DNA of 64,000 bases from Bacillota bacterium (GTDB lineage Bacteria; Bacillota; Clostridia; Christensenellales; SZUA-584), in assembly GCA_023397655.1 (NCBI GenBank), contig JAEWTW010000053.1:2836-66835 (forward strand), written 5' to 3'. Positions 19,018 to 28,541 of the stretch are shown here, piece after piece; position 1 is the stretch's first letter, and each line of letters opens with the position of its first letter. Position numbers and translations under genes: made by a program. The notes below the pieces were generated by a model, which worked only from the letters and a program-made list of their open reading frames with translations, was not told where the DNA came from and did no database searches.

Positions 19018-19872
19018 ATGGAGATGCGCCGTAGCAACAGCCACAACTCTGCGGAGCCGCCCAAACCGATGGGGCCGCCCGCAGGAACCGGCCGCGCCAA
19101 TCTTACGGTCAAGCCGATTCCGGCGAACCAGGGCAGCCGGCCAATGCAAACTATGCCTCATGAAAACAAGCCGGTGCAGCCCGCAGCCATGCCGAACACG
19201 GGCAATATGAGCAGCCGCAGTCTGGGCAACGGCAGAGCACAGAGCCCGTTATCCATGCCGGGTGCCACAAACATGGGCAGTCCATATAATAACCGCGGGC
19301 CGATGAACGCACCTGTCCATACCAACATGAACAGGCCGGCGTCCAGTCCCATGGCCGCGCCCAATGCGAACCCGTCTCAGGGTCCGATGAACGCGCCGAA
19401 CGCGGGCAGCTCGAACAGCCGATACAACAACCGCGGGATGATGAACGCTCCTGACCGCAGCAATACGAACAGGCCAATGTCCAGCCCGATGGCTGCGCCG
19501 AATGCGAACACATCTCAGGGGCCGATGAATGCTGCGGGCGCGGGGACCGCCAACAGACGTTACGGCAATCGCGGAATGATGAACGCTCCTGCTGCCGTCA
19601 ATACGAACAGGCCAATGTCAAGCCCGATGGCCGCGCCTAACGCGAACACGACGCAGCGGCCAATGAACGCTCCGAACGCAGGCAGCGCAAACAACCGCTA
19701 CAACAATCGCGGAATGATGAATGCGCCTGCCCATACCAATACGAACAGGCCGATGCAGCACCCGATGGCCGCACCCAATGCCAACCCATCTCATGGACCG
19801 ATGAACACGGGAGGTTCGGGGAATATGAACAGCCGCTTCAGCAATAACCGGGGCCCCAATCCGCGTTACTGA
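19018..19872 (+). CDS. Low-complexity Asn/Pro/Met/Ala-rich tandem-repeat protein (284 aa)
   Basis: Starts MEMRRSNSHNS. Four full 46-aa repeats (..YNNRGMMNAP...NTNRPMSSPMAAPNAN.SQGPMNA..AG..N) plus a partial fifth. Confidence 0.6.
   Translation: MEMRRSNSHNSAEPPKPMGPPAGTGRANLTVKPIPANQGSRPMQTMPHENKPVQPAAMPNTGNMSSRSLGNGRAQSPLSMPGATNMGSPYNNRGPMNAPVHTNMNRPASSPMAAPNANPSQGPMNAPNAGSSNSRYNNRGMMNAPDRSNTNRPMSSPMAAPNANTSQGPMNAAGAGTANRRYGNRGMMNAPAAVNTNRPMSSPMAAPNANTTQRPMNAPNAGSANNRYNNRGMMNAPAHTNTNRPMQHPMAAPNANPSHGPMNTGGSGNMNSRFSNNRGPNPRY
19279..19869 (+). repeat. Tandem repeat, period 138 bp, about 4.3 copies, in-frame within the CDS
   Basis: The anchor CGCGG(G/A)ATGATGAA recurs at 19432, 19570 and 19708. 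A diverged copy CGCGGGCCGATGAA lies at 19294, and a further partial copy starts near 19846. Confidence 0.85.
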
Positions 19873-20042
19873 CTGCAGTGATGCATTGATGTGCGAGACC
19901 CAGCCAGGGCGGGTTGGGTCTACATAGAGAGCAGGCCTGAATCCCAAATAAAAGTCCGAAACAGCCCACAAAAAAAGAGCCCTTCATACGGCCCTTTTTT
20001 ATTTCGCCTATGAGCAAAGCCCCGGCATCGCTTTAGACTGTG

Positions 20043-20291
20043 TTACCAGCTTTTTCTTCCGCCGCCGCCGCCAAAACCGCTGCCGCCACGTCCGCCGCCG
20101 CCAAAGCCGCCGCTGCCGCCGCGTCCGCCGCCGCCATTACCGCCGCCGCGCTGTTGTTTTTTCGCCCTGCGGCAATCCGGGCAACGCTGTGGCTCGTTAT
20201 CGAAGCCTTTTTCCTTGTAAAACGCTTGCTCGCCCTCGGTGAAGACGAATTCCTTGTGACAGTCCTTGCATACCAGGTTTTTGTCGGGCAT
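20043..20291 (-). CDS. Zinc-ribbon (CxxC...CxxC) protein with C-terminal RGG/Gly-rich tail, 82 aa
   Basis: MPDKNLVCKDCHKEFVFTEGEQAFYKEKGFDNEPQRCPDCRRAKK followed by QQRGGGNGGGGRGGSGGFGGGGRGGSGFGGGGGRKSW. Confidence 0.75.
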   Translation of the reverse strand: MPDKNLVCKDCHKEFVFTEGEQAFYKEKGFDNEPQRCPDCRRAKKQQRGGGNGGGGRGGSGGFGGGGRGGSGFGGGGGRKSW

Positions 20292-20476
20292 AAATTTTCT
20301 CCCTCGCTATTCTTTGGCATTAAGCCTTAGACTCTGTATATCACAATCGCCGGATAATAGCAACTGCGTTTTTTATTCAGCTGTGATTATGGGCTGTCTT
20401 CCCCTTATACCGGAGGTGTGATATGATGACATCATCATTCCGGTGTTTAATTTCATTACGGTCGGAGGGCAGTAAT

Positions 20477-21544
20477 ATGCGGCGCTACGGTTTTGACTGG
20501 CTGCGTGTCTTCGTGATTTTTCTGTTGTTTCCGTTCCATACCGCGCGTGTGTTCGACGCATGGGAACCCAACTACGTCAAAGGAGCCATAAACGGCTTTT
20601 CCACATGGTTCGTGGCGGCTCTGGGCTTTTGGATCATGCCGCTGCTGTTCATCATCGCGGGGTATTCCGCTTACATTGCACTGGCCAAGCGCACTACAAG
20701 ACAGTACCTCAAGGAGCGTGTGCTGCGCCTGCTGATACCGTTCCTGTTCGGCTTGCTGCTGATCGTCCCGCCTCAGGCCTACATCGCGCGGCTGGAGATG
20801 GGTTACACTGGCAGCTGCCTGCAGTTTCTCGGCACATACTTCATTGACTTCTCCGACCTTTCGGGCTATACCGGTGGATTCACACCCGCCCATCTGTGGT
20901 TCATACTCTACCTGTTCGTCATCAGCTGCGCGCTGCTGCCGCTGTTGGTCAGCATGCGCAAGCGCCCAGAGAAGCTGCGGTGGGTGTCCAAACCTTGGGT
21001 GATGCTGCTTTGCGTATTCCCCATCACGCTGATGCAGGCATTGCCCGACATCGGCGGCAAGAACCCATTCTACTATGGTTTCCTGTTTCTGCTGGGCGCG
21101 GTATTTGCCACGTCCGACGTGTTTATGGACAGACTGCGCCGGTATAAATGGCTGATGCTGGGAGGCGGCCTGCTGGCTAGTACAGCTTATCTTGTGATTG
21201 CAGCCCTGTATGGCTGGCCGGAGGGCTGGAACGCTGCAGGCATCAGCTACGCCATACTGCGCAACGTGGCCGTATGGCTGTTGTCGCTGGGCGTGATGGG
21301 CGTCGCAGATGCGTACCTGAACAAGCCAACCAAGGCGCTCTCCTACCTTGGGAGAGCCTCGTACCCTGTGTACCTCGTGCACCAAACGCTGCTCGTGGTG
21401 ATCGCTTACTTTGTAGTGCGCAGCAGCCTCCCCGCTGCACCGCAGTATATCATCATCATGCTGGGTTCGCTCGCGGCGTCGGTGGCCTGCTTCGAGATAT
21501 GCCGCCATTTCAAAGCGACGCGGTTCGTGCTGGGAATTAAGTAA
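20477..21544 (+). CDS. Acyltransferase family 3 (OafA/OpgC-like) integral membrane protein
   Basis: MRRYGFDWLRVFVIFLLFPFHTARVF start and about 10 TM segments. Confidence 0.75.
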   Translation: MRRYGFDWLRVFVIFLLFPFHTARVFDAWEPNYVKGAINGFSTWFVAALGFWIMPLLFIIAGYSAYIALAKRTTRQYLKERVLRLLIPFLFGLLLIVPPQAYIARLEMGYTGSCLQFLGTYFIDFSDLSGYTGGFTPAHLWFILYLFVISCALLPLLVSMRKRPEKLRWVSKPWVMLLCVFPITLMQALPDIGGKNPFYYGFLFLLGAVFATSDVFMDRLRRYKWLMLGGGLLASTAYLVIAALYGWPEGWNAAGISYAILRNVAVWLLSLGVMGVADAYLNKPTKALSYLGRASYPVYLVHQTLLVVIAYFVVRSSLPAAPQYIIIMLGSLAASVACFEICRHFKATRFVLGIK

Positions 21545-22082
21545 ACAGATAAGCCCCGAAGTACGTCACGGTGTTCTGTCCGTTGATGTAGTTCAGGCCG
21601 CAGAGCCCGGCCAGCTTTGCTACATAGATGCCGTAAGCTTCCAGCGACGCGAGCGCGCGGTCGGGAAACGGGCAGGGCTGCTTGTCGATGCCGGCGCACC
21701 GCTCGCAGACGGGGCATCCCCCGGCTGAAAGCTGCAGTATGGAGCCTGAAACACGATCTTTGATGTATTGGGTGATGTCATCGGTGACAGCAACATGCTT
21801 TTGAAGCGCCGCCACCATGCCCTCGTAGTCAAACGAATCCTCCAGCGTCCCCACCGTCTGATAAACCAGCGCCGTATCATACTGCTTCGCCCTGGCAATC
21901 AGCTCGTCGATATCCCCCACCAGCGGCGGACATGTCCAGTTCTTGCCGTAATGGCCGCAGTAGTTGGCCTCACATGCCTTGCGCAGCTCCCGATCAAACG
22001 GTATTTTACTGACCGGTACGATTCCGGCATTGAATGCGCCCAAAGCCTTGACTTGCTCTATGAGTTGTTCCATGTCTGCCAT
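21537..22082 (-). CDS. DUF2284-like predicted metal-binding protein
   Basis: CEANYCGHYGKNWTCPP and CPVCERCAGIDKQPCPFP cysteine motifs. Start moved to MADMEQL (22082). Confidence 0.7.
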   Translation of the reverse strand: MADMEQLIEQVKALGAFNAGIVPVSKIPFDRELRKACEANYCGHYGKNWTCPPLVGDIDELIARAKQYDTALVYQTVGTLEDSFDYEGMVAALQKHVAVTDDITQYIKDRVSGSILQLSAGGCPVCERCAGIDKQPCPFPDRALASLEAYGIYVAKLAGLCGLNYINGQNTVTYFGAYLFT

Positions 22083-22192
22083 ACCCTGCCCCTCTTTCCA
22101 ACTGTATTGTCTATAGCATATTACAGCTCTACCCAAGAATCAATGGATTATATCGTCCGATATTCTGCAATACGGGAAACTTACTGAAATGG

Positions 22193-22226
22193 AAAAGCCG
22201 GGGCGCATAGTGGTTCACTCCCCGGC
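22193..22226 (-). terminator. Rho-independent terminator downstream of putP
   Basis: GCCGGGG-N16-CCCCGGC stem, followed by TTTT on the minus strand. Confidence 0.55.
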
Positions 22227-22253
22227 TTTGTTGATGTTTTAGTGCGCAGATTC

Positions 22254-23792
22254 TTAGTCCAGCTGATAGGTCTTCGCCGCTTCGTATTCCGCAACGATCT
22301 CGTCGGAAGGCTTTTTGGTGAGCAGGCTCACCACCACGATAACGATGCATGCCAGTATGAATGCCGGCAGCAGCTCGTAGACGCTGAATATGCCGCCCTT
22401 CGGGTTGAGCAGCTCTTTCCAGACGATGACCGTCGCGCCACCTGTGATCATACCGGCCAGCGCGCCCGGCAGCGTCATGCGCTTCCAGAACAGCGAGAAC
22501 AGTATCACCGGGCCGAATGCCGCGCCGAAGCCGCCCCACGCGTATTTGACGAGGCCGAATATCGTCGTGGTGTTGTTCAGCACCATGATAACAGCGCCGA
22601 TAGCCACAAGTATCACGACAATACGCCCCACCCACATCACTTCTTTGCTGGAGGCCTTTTTGCGGATGAAGCTCTTGTAGAAGTCGTCAGCCACGGCGGA
22701 CGATGTCACCAACAGCTGCGAATCGGACGTACTCATCGTCGCCGCGAGTATGCCCGAAAGCATCACGCCAGCCACGATAGCAGGCGTCAGTTTAACCGCC
22801 ATCTGGATGAACACCGTTTCCTGCAGGCCGTTCTCCAGCATAGAGCCATCCAAGAGTTTTCCTTCCATCATTGCACGCCCCACGATTCCGATCATGACGG
22901 CTGCAAACAGTGAGATAAGCACCCAGCTGATGGCGATGCGGCGTGAACGTTTCAGCTCGCGCGATGAACGGATAGCCATGAAACGCACCAGAACGTGCGG
23001 CATACCGAAGTAGCCGAGGCCCCACGCCAAGTTGGAAATGATGTCGAGAGCGGAATACGGTGCAAATGCACCGGCCTTTTGAACCCCCATTACGTTGAAG
23101 AACCCATCCATACCGCTGAGGTTCCCACCAATTTGAGTGAAACCACCGACAGCAGCAACGCCCAGTACCAATACGATGATCAGGGAGAAGAACATCAGAA
23201 TACCCTGAATCAGGTCTGTCACGCTCACCGCCATAAAGCCGCCGATCGTGGTATACAGCACAATGATCAGCGCGCTTAGTATGACCATCCAGGCATAGCC
23301 CGTCTGATCAAGACCGAATATAGTCTGAAACAGCGTTCCCACCGCTTTAAAGCCCGTCGCCGTATAGATCATAAAAAATACGACAATAAAAAGGCCTGCG
23401 AATATCTTTAATAATTTGTGCTTATCATGAAATCTATTGGAAAAATAATCAGGCAGCGTAATTGAATCCTTTGCCACCTTGGTATAATTGCGCAGCCGCC
23501 TTGCAACCAGCAGCCAGTTCAGATATGTCCCCAGAGCCAGGCCCACCGCCGTCCAGAACGCTTCACCGATACCGATGGCAAACGCCACGCCGGGCAGCCC
23601 CATCAGCAGCCAGCCGGACATATCCGACGCCTCGGCGCTCATCGCGCATACCCACGGACCCAATTTGCGCCCGCCCAGGAAGTAATCATCCGCCCCCTTG
23701 TTGCGTTTATAGTACACAATGCCGATAGCAACCATTGCCGACACGTATACGATCATCGCAATCAGGATCTGGATTTGAACCCCTTCAACCAT
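22254..23792 (-). CDS. putP: Sodium/proline symporter (SSF family)
   Basis: 512 aa, about 13 TM. DYFLGGRKLGPWVCAMSAEASDMSGWLLMGLPG is typical of PutP. Confidence 0.88.
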   Translation of the reverse strand: MVEGVQIQILIAMIVYVSAMVAIGIVYYKRNKGADDYFLGGRKLGPWVCAMSAEASDMSGWLLMGLPGVAFAIGIGEAFWTAVGLALGTYLNWLLVARRLRNYTKVAKDSITLPDYFSNRFHDKHKLLKIFAGLFIVVFFMIYTATGFKAVGTLFQTIFGLDQTGYAWMVILSALIIVLYTTIGGFMAVSVTDLIQGILMFFSLIIVLVLGVAAVGGFTQIGGNLSGMDGFFNVMGVQKAGAFAPYSALDIISNLAWGLGYFGMPHVLVRFMAIRSSRELKRSRRIAISWVLISLFAAVMIGIVGRAMMEGKLLDGSMLENGLQETVFIQMAVKLTPAIVAGVMLSGILAATMSTSDSQLLVTSSAVADDFYKSFIRKKASSKEVMWVGRIVVILVAIGAVIMVLNNTTTIFGLVKYAWGGFGAAFGPVILFSLFWKRMTLPGALAGMITGGATVIVWKELLNPKGGIFSVYELLPAFILACIVIVVVSLLTKKPSDEIVAEYEAAKTYQLD

Positions 23793-24056
23793 ATAAACCC
23801 TCCTCGATTATTTCTCATTATTCAGGCAAACAGAAATAGATCATTGCAATTTAGCATGTTATTTTATTACTGCATGAATAATGGCTTTTTCGTCATTATA
23901 CTTGATCAAAAACTATATGGCTATTATTTTCTCACAACTATTAACCGCTTGGAATAGAATGGCTGACAACAGTTTTTAATTCGCCATATAATTCTGAAAT
24001 ATCATTCGTGCTGCTAGGATATACTATTTTCAATATGAATTGAAAAAGGCGGCAAT

Positions 24057-24560
24057 ATGATCACAATCACTTTGTCAGTACTTTACGCCGCGGCCTGCTA
24101 TAAGTGGGGCGCGTGGCGCAGATGGCGGGAATACTATCCTACTATCCTCTATGCGATCATCGGAGACTTCGCTTATAATTTCGTCTTTCATGATCACACG
24201 CTGTGGCTCTACGACGGACTTTTCAATCATACGACAATGGATATCATAGCGACGTTTTTTCTGTTTCCCTCCATCATCATATTATTTCTGACACATTGGC
24301 CTGCAACATGGTTTAAAAAGGCACTGTATGTGCTGGCCTGGGCAGCGGGCAACACACTGTTTGAATATTTAAGCGTGCTGCTCGACATATTTCATTACGA
24401 TCATGGCTGGAGTATTTTGTGGTCGTTTACGCTACTGGTGGGCGCTTTCATCATGCTTCGCGTGCATTACAAAAAGCCGCTGGTTGCCTGGCCGATTTCA
24501 ATCGCACTGGGTGCAGCTACGGCGCTCATGTTTGCTCTGCCGTTTGAAAGTTTGAAGTAG
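24057..24560 (+). CDS. Integral membrane protein, family A (shortest, most divergent member; resembles the 'CBO0543 family', name from memory)
   Basis: 167 aa, 4-5 TM. Shares the ...LW.Y... core layout with the ORFs at 25685, 27973, 28542, 30087 and 30692. Confidence 0.6.
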   Translation: MITITLSVLYAAACYKWGAWRRWREYYPTILYAIIGDFAYNFVFHDHTLWLYDGLFNHTTMDIIATFFLFPSIIILFLTHWPATWFKKALYVLAWAAGNTLFEYLSVLLDIFHYDHGWSILWSFTLLVGAFIMLRVHYKKPLVAWPISIALGAATALMFALPFESLK

Positions 24561-24563
24561 TCG

Positions 24564-25451
24564 TCATTTATCCGGCTTGTGCAGCTGCAGCCCCGGAATG
24601 CCCCCCAGCCCGTACAGCCTGTCCATCAATGCGATGGACGCATATGTCCCTAATAAGACGGAGGCAGACACCGGCAGAAACCAACCGGAGCGTATTTGCA
24701 TCCACCCCAGACGGTATACCACAAATAGGAATGCTTCAAGCCCCGCAAATACCAGAGCCTTAAAACGCCATTTCATGCCGGAAAAATAGACCCATATCAG
24801 CGTCGTGCTGCACACAATATGCAAGCCCACGGTAAGACCGTAACGGCTGATCTGCGGGTCGCCCAGCAGCCTTTCGCTGACTGAAATGATATCAGCCAAC
24901 CTAAAACCCCACCACAGTGTAATGACGACAAGCGCGAACAGCGAGAAAGCCACGTAAGCGTAGTAATATATGGGCCTTAGACCTTCGCACAGACGGTCAT
25001 GCATCCTCCTTGCGAGCAGAAACGCAAACGGAAGCAGCAATACGGTATACCAGGTCCGGTACCAGTATTGCTCATAAATGCCAAGCGCAACAAACAAAGT
25101 TTCGACAGCACCGTATGCCAGCGCCAAAACGATATACCAGCGGAACTTTAGCCTCATTACGGCTACCATCAGCGTGGACGCCGCGACGGAAAATTGTGAA
25201 AACAGGTTGCCGGCCAATACGTCGTCATACCAATGGGCAGGATCGTTAATGATTTTTGGATAGTAGGTGTACGATTTGAAAAATATCAGCAGCAGCGTTT
25301 CCAGCCACAGCGTCATGCCTGCCAGCGTCAAATAAAACGCCACGGCCTGACGGCGATTCTCTGCGCGGCGCAGCGTTATAACCAGCTCAATAACGATCGT
25401 GAAGCCCAACAATATATACCATACGGTGTTCGTCCAGAAAGAAGATGCCAT
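24564..25451 (-). CDS. Integral membrane protein, family B (paralog of 29152-30021)
   Basis: MASSFWTNTVWYILLG...FKSYTYYPKIINDP...VLAGNLFSQFSVAAST aligns with MNSSFWTNTIWYIALA...LNAYTYYPMITPDD...VLGNVFSQVSVSST. Confidence 0.7.
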   Translation of the reverse strand: MASSFWTNTVWYILLGFTIVIELVITLRRAENRRQAVAFYLTLAGMTLWLETLLLIFFKSYTYYPKIINDPAHWYDDVLAGNLFSQFSVAASTLMVAVMRLKFRWYIVLALAYGAVETLFVALGIYEQYWYRTWYTVLLLPFAFLLARRMHDRLCEGLRPIYYYAYVAFSLFALVVITLWWGFRLADIISVSERLLGDPQISRYGLTVGLHIVCSTTLIWVYFSGMKWRFKALVFAGLEAFLFVVYRLGWMQIRSGWFLPVSASVLLGTYASIALMDRLYGLGGIPGLQLHKPDK

Positions 25452-25684
25452 ACGACTGTCCCATCAAGAAATATACAATTTCATGGTCTCTGTATCATTT
25501 TCGCGCGATACTTTGCTTATACGAAGGCCGCTGCCCGGATGGTGGGTTCCACTACCGGGCATTAACTTGTTTCAACGTCTCCACTATGATTTAACGTTTT
25601 ATATGCGAAATACAACTCAACCATAATACTAGTGTGTTTCAAATTTGGTCAGAATAAGCCTATAAATTTTGAAAGCAGGTGCTT

Positions 25685-26260
25685 ATGCCTCAAACAACCC
25701 CATGGTGGAGCCACCTTGTAGAATCAGCCAACGAAAAATACCATCAGGCTTTTCTTGAAATGGCCAAAATATGGCGTGACTATATGCTGTTCGGGTGGCG
25801 CTGGTGGCTGGATCTCGCTTTATCCATACTCCCGTGGGTGTTGTGGTTTATTGTGCGGGATAAAAAGAGAACACACAACCTGCTTTATGCCGGTCTGGTC
25901 ATTCTGGTTCTTTCCTCCATGTCCGATATGATCGGGATGTCATTTGGTTTATGGGGTTATCATTCCCGGGTCGTCCCCTTCTTCCCCGCCTACGTTCCCT
26001 GGGACTTCTCAGTGATCCCCGTTACGGCAATGCTGTTCTATCAGTTTCTCCCTAAAATCAAACCCTTCTATAAGGGTCTTATTTTTTCCGCCTTTGGCTC
26101 ATTTGTCGTCCAGCCAGTGTTTGCATGGCTCGGCACCTATGACCCTAAGGTCTGGCGTCACTATTACTCCTTCCCCATCGTGCTGATTTTTTACCTCATT
26201 GGCTACTGCTTCTATAAAAGAAGCCTGTCAAACAGTGTATTGAACGGGAATACTGATTAA
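25685..26260 (+). CDS. Integral membrane protein, family A paralog
   Basis: WRWWLDLALSILPWVLWFIVRDKKRTHNLLYAGL...GLWGYHSRVVPFFPAYVPWDFSVIPVTAMLFYQFLPKIKP; very close to 30692-31255. Confidence 0.75.
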   Translation: MPQTTPWWSHLVESANEKYHQAFLEMAKIWRDYMLFGWRWWLDLALSILPWVLWFIVRDKKRTHNLLYAGLVILVLSSMSDMIGMSFGLWGYHSRVVPFFPAYVPWDFSVIPVTAMLFYQFLPKIKPFYKGLIFSAFGSFVVQPVFAWLGTYDPKVWRHYYSFPIVLIFYLIGYCFYKRSLSNSVLNGNTD

Positions 26261-26380
26261 CCACAATTAAGAGAATTTATCTTGTCGGTACAAATCCAAG
26301 TCGTAACAGTTTATATAGCCTTAAGAAGCGCTTACATTTTTTTGTCTTTCTCGGCAATAATAAGGCTCAGGAGATTACCT

Positions 26381-27166
26381 ATGAAACATCAACCGCCATC
26401 GACCGTGCGACGAAAACGTGCCCTTGTCTGCATTTTGGGCACCACGCAGCTGCATTTACGAAGCCCAATCGTGGTTGCGCTCTGGTCCGCGATTTTTCCA
26501 GGAATGGGTCATATGATGTTGTCGCTGTACATACGCGGCTGCATTTTGTTCATTTGGGAAGTGGTGGTCAACCTGAATTCCCAGCTCAACCTCGCTATTT
26601 TCTATACATTTACCGGACAGTATGAATTGGCTAAATCGGTGTTGGATATGCGCTGGATTATGTTCTACATCCCCGTTTACCTTTTCGCGATTTGGGACAG
26701 CCACCGCATCGCTGTGAAGCTTAACAACCAGTTTGTGTTGGCTGCGCGTGAAGACGCGGCTGTTACCCCATTTATAATTCATCCGTTGGGCATCAACTAT
26801 CTGGACAGGGGTTCACCTTGTATGGCCATTATCTGGTCGATAATTGCGCCCGGGACAGGTCATCTTATTAACCACAGGTTGGTTCTGGCCTTTTTCCTGA
26901 TATCGTGGTGGGCGGCGATACTCTATTTCTCCCATGTGCTGGCAGCCATTCACTTTACGCTGTATGGTATGTTCGAGGAAGCCAAAAATGTCGTTTCAAT
27001 TCAATGGTTACTGAATATCCCATCGGTCTACTTTTTCTGTATCTTCGACTCATACGTGGTTACTGTGGAAGGAAACAAACTGTTTAAATGGGAGCAAGAC
27101 AAATTTCTGCGGCAGCAGTATCAGCCAGAGTCCTTTCCAATGCCGTTTGACAGGGAGGCCACATAA
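26381..27166 (+). CDS. Integral membrane protein built from two internal repeats (PG.GH motif)
   Basis: LWSAIFPGMGHMM...AKSVLDMRWIMFYIPVYLFAIWDSH versus IWSIIAPGTGHLI...AKNVVSIQWLLNIPSVYFFCIFDSY. Start moved to MKHQPPS, which has AGGAG upstream. Confidence 0.65.
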   Translation: MKHQPPSTVRRKRALVCILGTTQLHLRSPIVVALWSAIFPGMGHMMLSLYIRGCILFIWEVVVNLNSQLNLAIFYTFTGQYELAKSVLDMRWIMFYIPVYLFAIWDSHRIAVKLNNQFVLAAREDAAVTPFIIHPLGINYLDRGSPCMAIIWSIIAPGTGHLINHRLVLAFFLISWWAAILYFSHVLAAIHFTLYGMFEEAKNVVSIQWLLNIPSVYFFCIFDSYVVTVEGNKLFKWEQDKFLRQQYQPESFPMPFDREAT

Positions 27167-27618
27167 TGTATGTCGTATCCACATTTGAACAATCAGTCAA
27201 AATTGAAATGGCTCTGACATCAATACAGATGAAGGGGATACCCAAAGACCACATACTGGCAGTGCCGTTGGATACGCGCGCGCCGGTGCCGATGCTGTTC
27301 GACCGGCTTCATTCTACCGACAGCCGCAGCATGTTGGACATTCCCATCATTCTGGCGGCTCTGTTTGCGCTTTTCGGGCTGATATATGGCTTTCTGCTGA
27401 CGTGGGGGCCGGTGATGTGGGCGCTCATCGGAACCGGATTTGGCTTTGGGCTGGGCCTTATCATCAAGCTCCTCACCATCAAAAGGGAAGAAAAAAAGCA
27501 GACCAAGAAGCTCTCCACTGTGGTGATCATGGTGTGCTGCCGCGACGATCAGCTGCAGATGGTGCAGGACGCAATGTGGGCACATTCGGCACTGGGCGTC
27601 GCGAAGCTGGACCTCTGA
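27166..27618 (+). CDS. Small membrane protein with an N-terminal soluble domain (YflT/general-stress-like by eye) and 2 TM
   Basis: TAATG overlap with the upstream gene. MYVVSTFEQSVKIEMALTSIQMKGIPKDHILAV, then Gly-rich TM segments. Confidence 0.55.
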   Translation: MYVVSTFEQSVKIEMALTSIQMKGIPKDHILAVPLDTRAPVPMLFDRLHSTDSRSMLDIPIILAALFALFGLIYGFLLTWGPVMWALIGTGFGFGLGLIIKLLTIKREEKKQTKKLSTVVIMVCCRDDQLQMVQDAMWAHSALGVAKLDL

Positions 27619-27691
27619 GAAGCGAAGCCGTTACATAATACGGGCGGCTGCCGCACATGCTATTGCTATAAAAGCCAGAAAGGACAAGCAT

Positions 27692-27934
27692 ATGAAAGAC
27701 AGGCACAATATCGATTGGGACGCGGATTATGCACCGCGCAATATCGCGTCCACGACCGACTGCACCGGCATGATGTACAAGCCCCCCGTCACGGAAGAGG
27801 AAACGGAAGCGTATGGTGATATCTATTCCATGCCGCAGCAGACAGACATTAACGGACAAACAGCGAGCACCCCACGGAAACAGGCCAAAATCAGCTCGGT
27901 ACGCAAGGGCCGCGATAACAATCATATCCGGTGA
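27692..27934 (+). CDS. Small hydrophilic protein, 80 aa
   Basis: ATG preceded by GAAAGGA at 7 nt. No TM, acidic centre. Uncertain. Confidence 0.4.
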   Translation: MKDRHNIDWDADYAPRNIASTTDCTGMMYKPPVTEEETEAYGDIYSMPQQTDINGQTASTPRKQAKISSVRKGRDNNHIR

Positions 27935-27972
27935 GCCGGTATCCGCTCTCACATTTGGAATGAGATAATACG

Positions 27973-28539
27973 ATGCCGCAAGCGAGTGCACTGCCGCAAA
28001 GCGTAGAAATGCAGATCAGACTGACACACGACCATATCGATCAGTGGCTGGCCGAGGACTTTCTGCACGTCCGATGGTGGGCACTGATCGTTTTGTACAT
28101 GGTCTGCGCCGTGGTGTGGTGGAAGCTGCTGGACAAACGGCGGCTCAAAGAGACATTACTTTTCACAGCTTTGGCCTATATTGCCGTGCTGACCATCAAC
28201 GAGTACGGGCAGGAGCTGATACTGTGGGATTATCCGACGGACGTGATACCGGTATTTCCTCCTTTGAGCTCAGTAAACCTGCTGCTGCTGCCGCTGATCT
28301 ATTCGTTGGCTTATCAATACTTCTCCTCGCCCCGCATGTACGGCTCGGCTGTACTGGTCATTTCGGCAGCGTTCTGCTTTCTTGTCGAACCGCTGCTAAC
28401 CTGGAGCGGTTTGTTTGAGCTGCTCAACTGGCAGTACTGGATGAGCTTCCCGCTGTATATCGCAATGGCGCTGCTCGTCCGCTTCCTCACATCCGTTCTG
28501 CTCAAAATCACATCCCGCGCGCGCAGCGAAGGAGGTTGA
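27973..28539 (+). CDS. Integral membrane protein, family A paralog
   Basis: VRWWALIVLYMVCAVVWWKLLDKRRLKETLLF...ILWDYPTDVIPVFPP... Pairs with the next gene. Confidence 0.7.
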   Translation: MPQASALPQSVEMQIRLTHDHIDQWLAEDFLHVRWWALIVLYMVCAVVWWKLLDKRRLKETLLFTALAYIAVLTINEYGQELILWDYPTDVIPVFPPLSSVNLLLLPLIYSLAYQYFSSPRMYGSAVLVISAAFCFLVEPLLTWSGLFELLNWQYWMSFPLYIAMALLVRFLTSVLLKITSRARSEGG

Positions 28540-28541
28540 TT

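Noticed and set aside
20456-21508. Very long antisense ORFs: 350 aa here, plus 55498-56553, 60364-61500, 34206-35153, 58691-59536, 22242-22913, 3179-3745 and 46631-47164.
   Set aside because: All lie opposite strongly recognisable genes and have the Arg/His/Gln/Ala-rich composition expected of shadow frames in high-GC DNA.
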